A stretch of DNA of 64,000 nucleotides from Gammaproteobacteria bacterium (GCA_002716945.1 PBCF01000002.1:482374-546373), one strand, 5' to 3'; shown: positions 12,633 through 21,559, numbered from the stretch's first letter. The notes: generated by a model from the sequence alone, not told the origin. Program-made: numbers and translations.

Positions 12633-13256
12633 TTAAGAATATGATAGATAATTATCAAAATCAGTAAATAAATAGAATAATATTGTTTTCATTAATTCAT
12701 TCAATATATTTTGTATTTGATATTTATTCCTCCACCATTTCGTTTTAAGTTTATCTGGATAAATAAAATGTATATTTTTGTCAGTTAGATAACTTTCAAG
12801 AATCTTTTTTGATCTATAAATATGGTATTTGTTTGTTACAACTAAAATATTTTTAAAATCTTCATTCAGTTCTGCGGCAAGTGATATTGCTTCATCCACA
12901 GTGCTTTTATTATTTACACCAAAAACGATAATTTTTTCTTTAGGTACAGAATTTTTTAATAAAATTTCAAGGTAATACTGATATATAAACCTATTATTTT
13001 TTTGTGATAGATGATTTTTAATAACCCTTCTTTCTTTGCTTAAAAATATTAAGTTTGACATTCCATCTTTATAAAGATTAGATGCCATAACAGCTCTTTC
13101 TGGATTACCAGACATTATAATTATTGCATCATATTTGGATAATAGTTTATTGTCTTGATCTTTCGAGATTTGATTTATTAAATATATAAGTTGAAGAATA
13201 ATTAAAAAACTTATAAAACCAAAAATAGAAAAAAAATTAAAAAGATAGGATTTCAC
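12633..13256 (-). CDS. YdcF/DUF218 family membrane-anchored protein
   Basis: N-terminal TM, DAIIIMSG, STVDEA, LVVTNKYHIYRS, NELMK. Confidence 0.8.
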   Translation of the reverse strand: MKSYLFNFFSIFGFISFLIILQLIYLINQISKDQDNKLLSKYDAIIIMSGNPERAVMASNLYKDGMSNLIFLSKERRVIKNHLSQKNNRFIYQYYLEILLKNSVPKEKIIVFGVNNKSTVDEAISLAAELNEDFKNILVVTNKYHIYRSKKILESYLTDKNIHFIYPDKLKTKWWRNKYQIQNILNELMKTILFYLFTDFDNYLSYS

Positions 13257-13259
13257 GCA

Positions 13260-13493
13260 TTATTTGGTTTTTTTTAAAAGAAAGTAAAATTTATTATCTT
13301 TTTCACTACTATCTAGTAGTTCATGTCCAGTTTGATTTGCAAATGATTCGAAATCCTTCACGGCGCCAGGATCAGTTGATATCACATGTAATATTTGTCC
13401 TGTTTCCATTTCATTAATTTCCTTTTTTGCCTTTATTATTGGTAAAGGACAATTTAATCCGCTAGTGTCAAGTTCCTTGTTGTACTCAGTCAT
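13260..13493 (-). CDS. tusA: TusA/SirA family sulfur carrier protein
   Basis: LDTSGLNCPLPIIK (CPxP), TDPG..DF; start at ATG 13493 with GGAG 6 nt upstream. Confidence 0.88.
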   Translation of the reverse strand: MTEYNKELDTSGLNCPLPIIKAKKEINEMETGQILHVISTDPGAVKDFESFANQTGHELLDSSEKDNKFYFLLKKTK

Positions 13494-13582
13494 TTGTAAC
13501 TCCATAAAAGTTATTCTTCATGTGGTACTATATATTAGTACATTTATATTAATTAATATATATTTAAATAAGTATATTTGAA

Positions 13583-15010
13583 ATGAAAAATTTACCATTA
13601 ATTTTATTTATTTTGTTTTTCAGTCTGGGAAGTATTGCTGATGAAAATGACCTTCCAAATATCGGCGACCCATTAGGCAAAGTGTTAAGTTTAGAAGATG
13701 AAAAAATTATTGGTTTTTCGTCATATCGTAGATTACAAAAATATAATTTAATTAATAATGATCCTTTGGTTAATTCATATATTAAATATTTAGGTAATGT
13801 TTTAACGAGGCACACTCTTGATGCTAGAAGACAATATACATTTTTTGTAACAAAATCAAATCAGATTAATGCTTTTGCTGTTCCAGGCGGGTATATAGGA
13901 ATTAACTCAGGCTTGATACAATTAACACAGAATGAATCTCAATTGGCTGGTGTTCTTGCGCATGAAACTGCACATGTTAATTTAAGGCATTCAGCTGAAA
14001 TGTTGGCGAATACTTCCAGATTATCCTTTCCAATAATTATCGGGGTAATTGCAGGAATATTTTCTGGAAGTCCGCAGGCAAGCATAGCAGCAATGCAATC
14101 TGGTTTAGGTCTTTCTACCCAATTAAATATCAATTTAATACGTTCAAATGAAATAGAAGCTGATGAGTTTGCTATATCATTAATGAAAAAATCTAATTTT
14201 AGTGTTTTGGAAATGGCAAATTTTTTTGAACTAATGCAATCTGCTACTCCAAAACTAGATACCTCTTTAGCTTATTTCATGACACACCCATTATATGAAA
14301 ATAGAATAGCTAGAATAAGATCTAAATCAACATATCAACATCAACCAATTATAAATACTTCTAATGATTATAATTTTATTAAAGTAATTTTAGATGTTAA
14401 TGATACTACTGATGTTCAATTGAATTTATCATCCATCAAAGGTGAAGATATTTATAATTTATATAAAAAAGCACTTTTGTATAATAAAAAATCTGATTAT
14501 AAAAATTCAATACAAATATTTAAAAAATTACATGATAAAAATCCATATAATATCTATATTGCAATATCTTACGCTAAAGCATTGATACAAAACAAAAGAA
14601 TAGATGATGGTCTTGATATTTTAGATAAATTAAAACAAATATATCCATTAAATAATTCTATACCTTTTTATCTTGCAGAAGCATTAATTGAAAACGATAG
14701 AGATTTAAATCGAGCATTGGATTTAATGAAATCAATTGAAACATATCAAAAACTAAATCCTGATTATTTACGGTTAGTGTCGAAAGTATACGTGAAAAAA
14801 AATGATATTTATAATTCAAAACTTTTTCTATCAGATTACTATTTAATTCTGGATAACATAAAATTATCTGTTCAAGTTCTTGATGAGGGTATAAACTCAT
14901 ACAATCTCAATAAAATTGAAAAGAAAAATCTAGCGGACAAAAAACTACTTATTATTTGTACATATCAAAAGCCTCTAGAACCGATATTTGGCGAAAAAAC
15001 CTGTTATTAA
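13583..15010 (+). CDS. bepA: M48 family periplasmic metalloprotease with TPR-like C-terminus (BepA/YfgC-like)
   Basis: Signal peptide, INAFAVPGG, HETAH (HExxH), E.EAD, THP motifs. Confidence 0.85.
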   Translation: MKNLPLILFILFFSLGSIADENDLPNIGDPLGKVLSLEDEKIIGFSSYRRLQKYNLINNDPLVNSYIKYLGNVLTRHTLDARRQYTFFVTKSNQINAFAVPGGYIGINSGLIQLTQNESQLAGVLAHETAHVNLRHSAEMLANTSRLSFPIIIGVIAGIFSGSPQASIAAMQSGLGLSTQLNINLIRSNEIEADEFAISLMKKSNFSVLEMANFFELMQSATPKLDTSLAYFMTHPLYENRIARIRSKSTYQHQPIINTSNDYNFIKVILDVNDTTDVQLNLSSIKGEDIYNLYKKALLYNKKSDYKNSIQIFKKLHDKNPYNIYIAISYAKALIQNKRIDDGLDILDKLKQIYPLNNSIPFYLAEALIENDRDLNRALDLMKSIETYQKLNPDYLRLVSKVYVKKNDIYNSKLFLSDYYLILDNIKLSVQVLDEGINSYNLNKIEKKNLADKKLLIICTYQKPLEPIFGEKTCY

Positions 15011-15049
15011 AATAGTTTTTTTCTTTATTAATCAGTACTATAATATGAC

Positions 15050-15394
15050 GTGGATATGTTGAAAAAAGTCAGAAATTTACTTATCATCTTTCTTATGTTC
15101 TATGTTCCATCTTCATATTCAGATGTGATTGATGAAGGAAAAAAGCTAACATTTGAAAGGAAAAAAGGAAATTGTTTAGCGTGTCACATGATTGAAGATG
15201 GTGAATTAGCTGGAAACAATGGTCCTCCATTAATAGCTATGAAAGCTAGATTTCCAAATAAACAAGATCTCTTTAATCAAATTTGGGATGCGACTGAGAA
15301 AAATCCCAATTCCTTCATGCCTCCTTTTGGGAAACATGGTATATTAACTAAAAAAGAAATTAATAAGATAGTAGAATATCTTTATACTTTATGA
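15050..15394 (+). CDS. soxX: Sulfur oxidation c-type cytochrome SoxX
   Basis: GNCLACH heme motif, GNNGPPL, MPPFG; first gene of XYZA; start may be ATG 15056. Confidence 0.92.
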   Translation: MDMLKKVRNLLIIFLMFYVPSSYSDVIDEGKKLTFERKKGNCLACHMIEDGELAGNNGPPLIAMKARFPNKQDLFNQIWDATEKNPNSFMPPFGKHGILTKKEINKIVEYLYTL

Positions 15395-15401
15395 GGAATT
15401 T

Positions 15402-15866
15402 ATGAATAGAAGAAAATTTTTAAAAAATTCGTTACTAACTGTGGGCAGTATAATGTCTGTAGCTACTCTCTCTATTATACCTAAACGTGTATTTGCTTCT
15501 TGGCCAAAATCATCGTTTGACGAAAAAGATTTAGAGAAATCCATAAAAAGCGTTTATGGACACAGCGACTTGACAGAATCATCTAAAGTGATCTTAAAAG
15601 CACCAGAAATTGCTGAGAATGGAGCTATTGTTCCAATAAATGTAAAAACAAAATTAAAAAGAGTTGAGTCAATAATGGTTTTTGTTGAAAATAATCCACA
15701 ACCATTATCGAGTGGATATTACCTTAGTTCTTTAGCTGAACCGACCATTGGAACAAGAATTAAAATGGGAAAATCTTCTAAAGTAATTGCAGCAGTTAAA
15801 AGCGGAAATAAAGTATACAGTTCTTCAAAAGAAATTAAAATTACTATTGGTGGCTGTGGAGGATAA
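15402..15866 (+). CDS. soxY: Thiosulfate carrier protein SoxY
   Basis: Tat signal RRKFLK, APEIAENG, C-terminal TIGGCGG swinging arm. Confidence 0.97.
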   Translation: MNRRKFLKNSLLTVGSIMSVATLSIIPKRVFASWPKSSFDEKDLEKSIKSVYGHSDLTESSKVILKAPEIAENGAIVPINVKTKLKRVESIMVFVENNPQPLSSGYYLSSLAEPTIGTRIKMGKSSKVIAAVKSGNKVYSSSKEIKITIGGCGG

Positions 15867-15868
15867 TC

Positions 15869-16177
15869 ATGAGTACAATAAAAATTAGAGCAAAAGAAAG
15901 CAAAGGAATCGTAACTGTTAAAGCACTTATTAAACATCCTATGGAAACTGGAAAAAGAAAGAATAAAAAAACGGGTGAATTAATACCACCACACTACATT
16001 CAAGAAGTAATAGGACAAGCAAATGGAAAAGAAGTTATAAAAGTTTATTGGGGGCCAGCTGTATCTAAAAATCCTTACTTAACTTTTAAATATAAAGGTG
16101 AAAAGGGAGATAAAGTTGAACTAACGTGGGTTGATAATAAGGGTAATAGAGATTCAAAAAATCAAGCTGCTAAATAA
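15869..16177 (+). CDS. soxZ: Thiosulfate carrier complex subunit SoxZ
   Basis: HPMETG..K, HYIQ, SKNPY, WVDNKG; no signal peptide, as expected. Confidence 0.95.
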   Translation: MSTIKIRAKESKGIVTVKALIKHPMETGKRKNKKTGELIPPHYIQEVIGQANGKEVIKVYWGPAVSKNPYLTFKYKGEKGDKVELTWVDNKGNRDSKNQAAK

Positions 16178-16180
16178 ACT

Positions 16181-17020
16181 ATGAAAATGAAAAAATTTTT
16201 GATTATACCTTTTATAGTTTTATTAATTTTTGGTATTGAAGCAAAAACATCCCCTGAAGAAGACTTAACCGATTTTAGAAATCATTTCAAAGAACTTTTT
16301 CCTAATACACCATTCAGTGATTTTGCAAATGGTGTATATTCAATAGATAAATCATCACGAGAACAATGGGAGTCCATCGAAGATTTTCCTCCTTATGAAA
16401 TAAATATAGAGAATGGCGAAGAGTTATTCAATGAACCATTTAAAAATGGAAACAAATATGCATCATGTTTTGAAAATGGGGGAATTGGTATTCGTCAAAA
16501 TTATCCCTATTTTGATGAAAATAAAAATAAAATTATTACTCTTGAGTTAGCAATTAATAATTGTAGAAAAAAAAATAATGAAAAACCTTTAAATTATTAT
16601 AAGGGTGGAGATATGGCTGATATCTCAGCCTATATGGCTTACACATCTAGAGGTAATATAATTAATATAGAAATTCCAAATAATATGGAAGCTCTTGATG
16701 CTTATGAAGCAGGAAAGAGATTATACTTTACAAAAAAAGGACAATTAAATTTCTCATGTGCAGATTGTCATGTATGGAAATCAGGAACTAAGCTGCGTGC
16801 AGATATTACGAGTCCTGGAATAGGACATCCTACACACTTCCCTGTTTATAGATCTGTAGCAGGACGATTAGTAACATTACATGAAAGATATGCCGGCTGT
16901 CTTAACAGAATTAGAGCTAAACCTTATAAAGGACAGAGTGCGGAATATAGAAATCTTGAGTATTTTATGACTTTTATGAGCAATGGTTTAGAAATAAATG
17001 GTCCAGGTTCAAGAAAATAG
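16181..17020 (+). CDS. soxA: SoxA cytochrome c (mono-heme type)
   Basis: Single CADCH; GQLNFSC, FPVYR, RYAGC...RA active-site Cys; N-terminal Cys pair in place of a second heme. Confidence 0.93.
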   Translation: MKMKKFLIIPFIVLLIFGIEAKTSPEEDLTDFRNHFKELFPNTPFSDFANGVYSIDKSSREQWESIEDFPPYEINIENGEELFNEPFKNGNKYASCFENGGIGIRQNYPYFDENKNKIITLELAINNCRKKNNEKPLNYYKGGDMADISAYMAYTSRGNIINIEIPNNMEALDAYEAGKRLYFTKKGQLNFSCADCHVWKSGTKLRADITSPGIGHPTHFPVYRSVAGRLVTLHERYAGCLNRIRAKPYKGQSAEYRNLEYFMTFMSNGLEINGPGSRK

Positions 17021-17042
17021 GTTATAATTGAAATAGCTAGTT

Positions 17043-17555
17043 ATGAAAATATTAGAAAATAAATTTGTATTAATATTTATTTTAACTTTATCACTGACGT
17101 CCTGCGCAACTATCGATGGAATGATGGCATCTGAAGATGAAAGTGCCCCGGAAGTCAAAGATGTTAGCTTAGATCAAAGGCTGCAGATTTCAATACCAAT
17201 TCCAGATAATTCTAAATATGCAACTGATAAAACTGTAATTTTTGGTGAGGGTAATAGATTTACTGGTGTTTTATATCTCATACATGACGAAAGCGCAGAA
17301 GATGTGGTTGATTTTTTTAGAAAAGCTATGATAAGTGAGGGCTGGACAGAACTTGCGATCGTTAGAAGTAATTTTATATTATTAAATTTTGATAAAGAAG
17401 ATAGATTTGCTACTATTAAAGTATCAAGAAAAGTCTTTAATAACTCTGAATCTGAAATAACCATAGGACCTAAAACATCTGCTACTATAAACAGAAGTAT
17501 AAATATCGAGCCAGAAACACAAGAAAGTATTGAAGAACCTTTTGAAATTCAATAA
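17043..17555 (+). CDS. Uncharacterised lipoprotein downstream of soxA
   Basis: Signal peptide with lipobox SLTSC; 170 aa; 22 nt after the soxA stop on the same strand. Confidence 0.75.
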   Translation: MKILENKFVLIFILTLSLTSCATIDGMMASEDESAPEVKDVSLDQRLQISIPIPDNSKYATDKTVIFGEGNRFTGVLYLIHDESAEDVVDFFRKAMISEGWTELAIVRSNFILLNFDKEDRFATIKVSRKVFNNSESEITIGPKTSATINRSINIEPETQESIEEPFEIQ

Positions 17556-17557
17556 AA

Positions 17558-18415
17558 CTATTTGATTTTATCTAACAAAACATCTATAAGATCATCAAAA
17601 TAAAAGTCTCTAAAAAAGTGATCTGCATCTTCAATCATAATCAACTTAATATTTTGTTTTTTCTTCATGTTTTGAATTCTTTTGTATGTATTTGGCACAA
17701 ATGTATCTTCAGATGCAGTAATTATATATATATTTTGATTAGTTAGTTGTAAAAGCCCAATTAAAGAATTCTCACTATCAATGTCATAATAGTCTAAAAA
17801 TGTTTTGTTACTAACTTCGGTATCGGCGCAACCTAAAAATTCAATTTTTAAAATCTTATAATTTTCTTTTTTAATTTTAGTAATATCTATGTTGTATTTT
17901 TTTTCGTATGTTTTTCTTGTGTTATGAAAAAAATCAGAGATTGGAGCTATTAAAAATATTGAGTTAACTAACAACTTATCTGATGTATTTAAATTGTGAT
18001 AAAATTGCATTATATTTAATCCACCTCTTGAATGACCAATTAGATAAATTTTTTCATATCCTAATTTTTGTATATAATTAAACCATAATTTTATTTCATT
18101 GATAGAATCTGATTGCAAATGTTTATGTTTTATATCACAAGGTAAGAAATCATTTGCACGATTATCGATGCCATAACTCAAATTTACTGACAATGAATCA
18201 ATATTATTTTCTAATAACGCTGAACCTAAAGATGTGATAAGTTCTAGATTTTGGTGCCCTCTAGTACCATGTAATATAAGAGCTATAGACTTTGATTTTG
18301 CATTCGTATAATGAAAACCATTTAATCTTTTACCGATATTATTTTCTATTTGCACTTTCTTACAAAATGCTTCTGTGGAAAAAAATAATAAACAGATAAT
18401 TAAAATATTTTTCAT
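17558..18415 (-). CDS. Secreted alpha/beta hydrolase (DUF1749-like)
   Basis: Signal peptide, LHGTRG, GHSRGG nucleophile elbow, ED.FV, DADHFF catalytic His. Confidence 0.82.
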   Translation of the reverse strand: MKNILIICLLFFSTEAFCKKVQIENNIGKRLNGFHYTNAKSKSIALILHGTRGHQNLELITSLGSALLENNIDSLSVNLSYGIDNRANDFLPCDIKHKHLQSDSINEIKLWFNYIQKLGYEKIYLIGHSRGGLNIMQFYHNLNTSDKLLVNSIFLIAPISDFFHNTRKTYEKKYNIDITKIKKENYKILKIEFLGCADTEVSNKTFLDYYDIDSENSLIGLLQLTNQNIYIITASEDTFVPNTYKRIQNMKKKQNIKLIMIEDADHFFRDFYFDDLIDVLLDKIK

Positions 18416-18422
18416 TTTCTTT

Positions 18423-18495
18423 TAGGGCGTACAGGATTCGAACCTGTGACAAATGGCTTAAAAGGCCACTGCTCTACCAACTGAGCTAACGCCCC
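18423..18495 (-). tRNA. tRNA-Lys(UUU), CCA not encoded
   Basis: Cloverleaf: GGGGCGT/ACGCCCT acceptor stem, GCTC/GAGC D-stem, GTGGC-CTTTTAA-GCCAT anticodon arm, ACAGG-TTCGAAT-CCTGT T-arm. Confidence 0.96.
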
Positions 18496-18496
18496 A

Positions 18497-19687
18497 TTAT
18501 ATTTTCTCTAATGTACGAAATCTACTAGGTATTAATTTTAAATCAGCTAATGCAGACTTTAAAGTATCAAGAAAACTACTATCTTCATAAACTGTTTTAT
18601 AATACTCTATTTTCATTGTAAGAGCAGCCCCTAAAATTATAGATGCTAAAGCAATAAATGAACCTATCGCTAAGGTTGAAACGCCTGCAACACCTTGACC
18701 AATTGTGCAGCCTAGAGATAAAACACCTCCAATACCAATAAGCACAGCACCTACTATATGTCTGAAAAAATCTTTTGTTGAAGAGAACCATTCAATCCTA
18801 AAACTACCAGAGAAAATTGAATAAATAAACGATCCTATAATAGTTGAAATTAAAATAGTAACTCCAAAAGTTAAATAATACATATCTGCGCTTTTAGTTG
18901 CGAATATTAATGTTTCGCCCATAGGATTAATAAAGCTTACTGATTGTACTCCTACTCCGGGTAACGGCGTATCTAAAAAATCATTAGCTTCAATCCACTC
19001 TTTGCCTAAAGAACCTCCTGTAATGTACCATGCTATTACTACAACCAGTCCGACCGTTAAGCCTGACAATATATTATCAGTATTCTGTATAAATTTTCCT
19101 TTCTTAAAAATAAAGATAAATAAAAGAACGGATATTATTACTGCAATAACAAAACTTAATGATTTGCTAGCACTGTCAGCAAATAAAATAGAAGGTATTG
19201 ATTGTTCATAAATTCCAAAATTGGCAAGATCTGGGCTTATTGGGCTCATCCAACTATGAAATACTATTCCATAAAAATCTGTTCTGGTCATTAGGTAAGC
19301 CATTATTCCAGCAACAATTATTACAATTAAGGATTTTAAATTACCCGCTCCAAATCTTATTAAAACTTTATTACCACATCCACTAGTTAATGTCATTCCA
19401 ATGCCAAACATTAATCCACCAAATATATATCTGGGCCAAAAGAAAACAGAATTCCTATATGGTATTCTAGAATCGCTTGCATTGATTATATTATTTAACT
19501 CTAAAAGAGAGACACCTAAAGTAGCTATGGCAATAGCCAACATCCAAGATTTAAATCTATTTAAATCGCCTATATTAACCCAGTCAGAAACGGCACCCAT
19601 TGTACAAAAATTGGTTTTATTGACTACAATACCAAGCATTAAACCTAATAATGCAACATATTGTAACAGTGTGTATGAAACTTCCAT
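18497..19687 (-). CDS. YeeE/YedE (SoxT/TsuA-type) sulfur-compound transporter
   Basis: Multi-TM; FCTMGA, SGCG, LGCTIGQG conserved Cys motifs. Confidence 0.9.
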   Translation of the reverse strand: MEVSYTLLQYVALLGLMLGIVVNKTNFCTMGAVSDWVNIGDLNRFKSWMLAIAIATLGVSLLELNNIINASDSRIPYRNSVFFWPRYIFGGLMFGIGMTLTSGCGNKVLIRFGAGNLKSLIVIIVAGIMAYLMTRTDFYGIVFHSWMSPISPDLANFGIYEQSIPSILFADSASKSLSFVIAVIISVLLFIFIFKKGKFIQNTDNILSGLTVGLVVVIAWYITGGSLGKEWIEANDFLDTPLPGVGVQSVSFINPMGETLIFATKSADMYYLTFGVTILISTIIGSFIYSIFSGSFRIEWFSSTKDFFRHIVGAVLIGIGGVLSLGCTIGQGVAGVSTLAIGSFIALASIILGAALTMKIEYYKTVYEDSSFLDTLKSALADLKLIPSRFRTLEKI

Positions 19688-19736
19688 ATAATGATTATAT
19701 TAGTATACGTTAATATATATATGATAAATTTTCAAT

Positions 19737-20414
19737 TTATTTATATATAGTTGGATCTTCTATTCCCGCATCCTGAAAACCCTGCTTTCTAAATCTACAA
19801 GAATCACAAACACCACAAGCAGAACCATCAGAATCAAGAGAGTAACAAGACACAGTTTTAGAATAATCTATTCCTAAATTTGTTCCTTTTTTGATTATTT
19901 CTGCTTTAGTTAGTTCTATTAGAGGTGTATGTATAGTGATATCTCCATGTTCTAACCCATATTTAGTGGCTTTATTTATCATTTCCTCAAAAGATTTAAT
20001 AAACTCCGGTCTGCAATCAGGATAACCAGAGTAATCAATTGCATTGACACCTATAAATATATCTTTAATTTTTTTTGATTCTGCAAATGAAGATGCTATT
20101 GACAAAAACAATGTATTTCTTGCAGGGACATAAGTGACTGGAATTCCTGAGCTTTCAATTTTAGGTACATCTATTTTATTATCAGTTAAGGCAGAACCTT
20201 CAATCATTGATAAATCTAAATCATAAACAATATGCTCTACAGCTTTATAATTTTTTAGAAAAATTTTTGACGAAACTATCTCATAAGAATGTCTTTGTTT
20301 ATAATTAATTGTTAGGGCAATGCATTGATAACCTTGAGACAGTGCAATAATCAATGCTGTTGAAGAATCTAGACCACCAGAAAATAAAACTATCGCTTTT
20401 TTATTATTTTCCAC
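19737..20414 (-). CDS. queC: 7-cyano-7-deazaguanine synthase
   Basis: SGGLDS, YVPARN, YPDCRPEF, CGVCDSC; GTG start at 20414 overlapping the queE end. Confidence 0.95.
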   Translation of the reverse strand: MENNKKAIVLFSGGLDSSTALIIALSQGYQCIALTINYKQRHSYEIVSSKIFLKNYKAVEHIVYDLDLSMIEGSALTDNKIDVPKIESSGIPVTYVPARNTLFLSIASSFAESKKIKDIFIGVNAIDYSGYPDCRPEFIKSFEEMINKATKYGLEHGDITIHTPLIELTKAEIIKKGTNLGIDYSKTVSCYSLDSDGSACGVCDSCRFRKQGFQDAGIEDPTIYK

Positions 20415-21045
20415 GGATATTACCCCAAATATATTTATGTATCTGTAATTGCAACCTAGCATTAATACGATCGCTTAGCATTTTTTCTGCTAGCATTTGA
20501 GGGTTCATTTCATTTGAACTTGGCGAGAAAAGTATAGTGCATATAGTAGTTAATTTGTATTCTTCTATATACGCTTTTGACCATTCATAATCTTCAATAT
20601 TACATATAACAAATTTAATCTGATCTTTTTTCTTAAGAAATTTATAATTATCTGATAAATTCTTATTGTGTTCTTTGGATCCCGGGGTTTTTATATCTAG
20701 TATAATTGTAACTCTATTATCAATGAGTTTAATATCTAAAGCATTGCTTGTTTCTATTGAAACAATATATTTACTATCACATAGTTTTTGCATGAATTGA
20801 TGAATATTTTTTTGAGCTAGTGGTTCACCACCTGTAATTGTAATATTTTTACATTTGTAATCATCTATTATTTTAAATATATCATCAAAAATAATTTTTC
20901 TACCTTCATTAAAAGCATATTCAGTATCACAGTAATTACATCTTAATGGACAGCCAGTTAATCTAACAAAAACTGTTGGTTGACCTGTATTAAGACTCTC
21001 GCCTTGGATTGAATAAAAAATTTCATTAATTATTAAACTCTTCAT
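20404..21045 (-). CDS. queE: 7-carboxy-7-deazaguanine synthase (radical SAM)
   Basis: EIFYSIQGE, CPLRCNYCD, TGGEPL, QLQIHKYIW; start at ATG 21045. Confidence 0.95.
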   Translation of the reverse strand: MKSLIINEIFYSIQGESLNTGQPTVFVRLTGCPLRCNYCDTEYAFNEGRKIIFDDIFKIIDDYKCKNITITGGEPLAQKNIHQFMQKLCDSKYIVSIETSNALDIKLIDNRVTIILDIKTPGSKEHNKNLSDNYKFLKKKDQIKFVICNIEDYEWSKAYIEEYKLTTICTILFSPSSNEMNPQMLAEKMLSDRINARLQLQIHKYIWGNIRGK

Positions 21046-21046
21046 G

Positions 21047-21550
21047 TCAGATACTATTGGTATTATTTTTATCTTCATTGAAGATTATTGCATGACAAAT
21101 TGCTACGGCAAGTGCATCAGATGCATCTATTTCTAATTCTCTTCTTATGTTGAGTGTTTTTTTTACGTTACGCTGTAATTCGATTTTATCTGAAGCTCCA
21201 TTATCAGTAAGTATTAATTTGACTTTTCTTGGACTATATTCATATATATTTAATTCATGATTACCACAAGCACATATTGCCGCTCCTCTTGCTTGTCCTA
21301 ATTTGATAGCAGTTCCAGCATTTACACTAAAAAAGACTGATTCAATAGCTACATGATTTGGGTTAAATTTTTCAATAATTTTTTGTGTAGTTTGAAATAT
21401 TACAGATAACTTTTTAGTATATTTATTCTTTAATCCTGTTTTGATGATCTCATGATGAATATATTTTAAACTACCTTCATTTGATAATTCAACTATACCA
21501 TAGCCAGTAATATTTGTTCCAGGGTCGATACCTAAAATTATTGTTGTCAT
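21047..21550 (-). CDS. ruvC: Holliday junction resolvase RuvC
   Basis: GIDPG, AIESVF, LGQARG, DASDALAVAICH. Confidence 0.95.
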   Translation of the reverse strand: MTTIILGIDPGTNITGYGIVELSNEGSLKYIHHEIIKTGLKNKYTKKLSVIFQTTQKIIEKFNPNHVAIESVFFSVNAGTAIKLGQARGAAICACGNHELNIYEYSPRKVKLILTDNGASDKIELQRNVKKTLNIRRELEIDASDALAVAICHAIIFNEDKNNTNSI

Positions 21551-21559
21551 ATCATTCTA

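Noticed and set aside
15001-18495. attL/attR duplication of the tRNA-Lys 3' end, or an integrase bounding the sox genes
   Set aside because: No repeat of TCGAATCCTGTACGCCC near 15011-15049 and no recombinase ORF in the window
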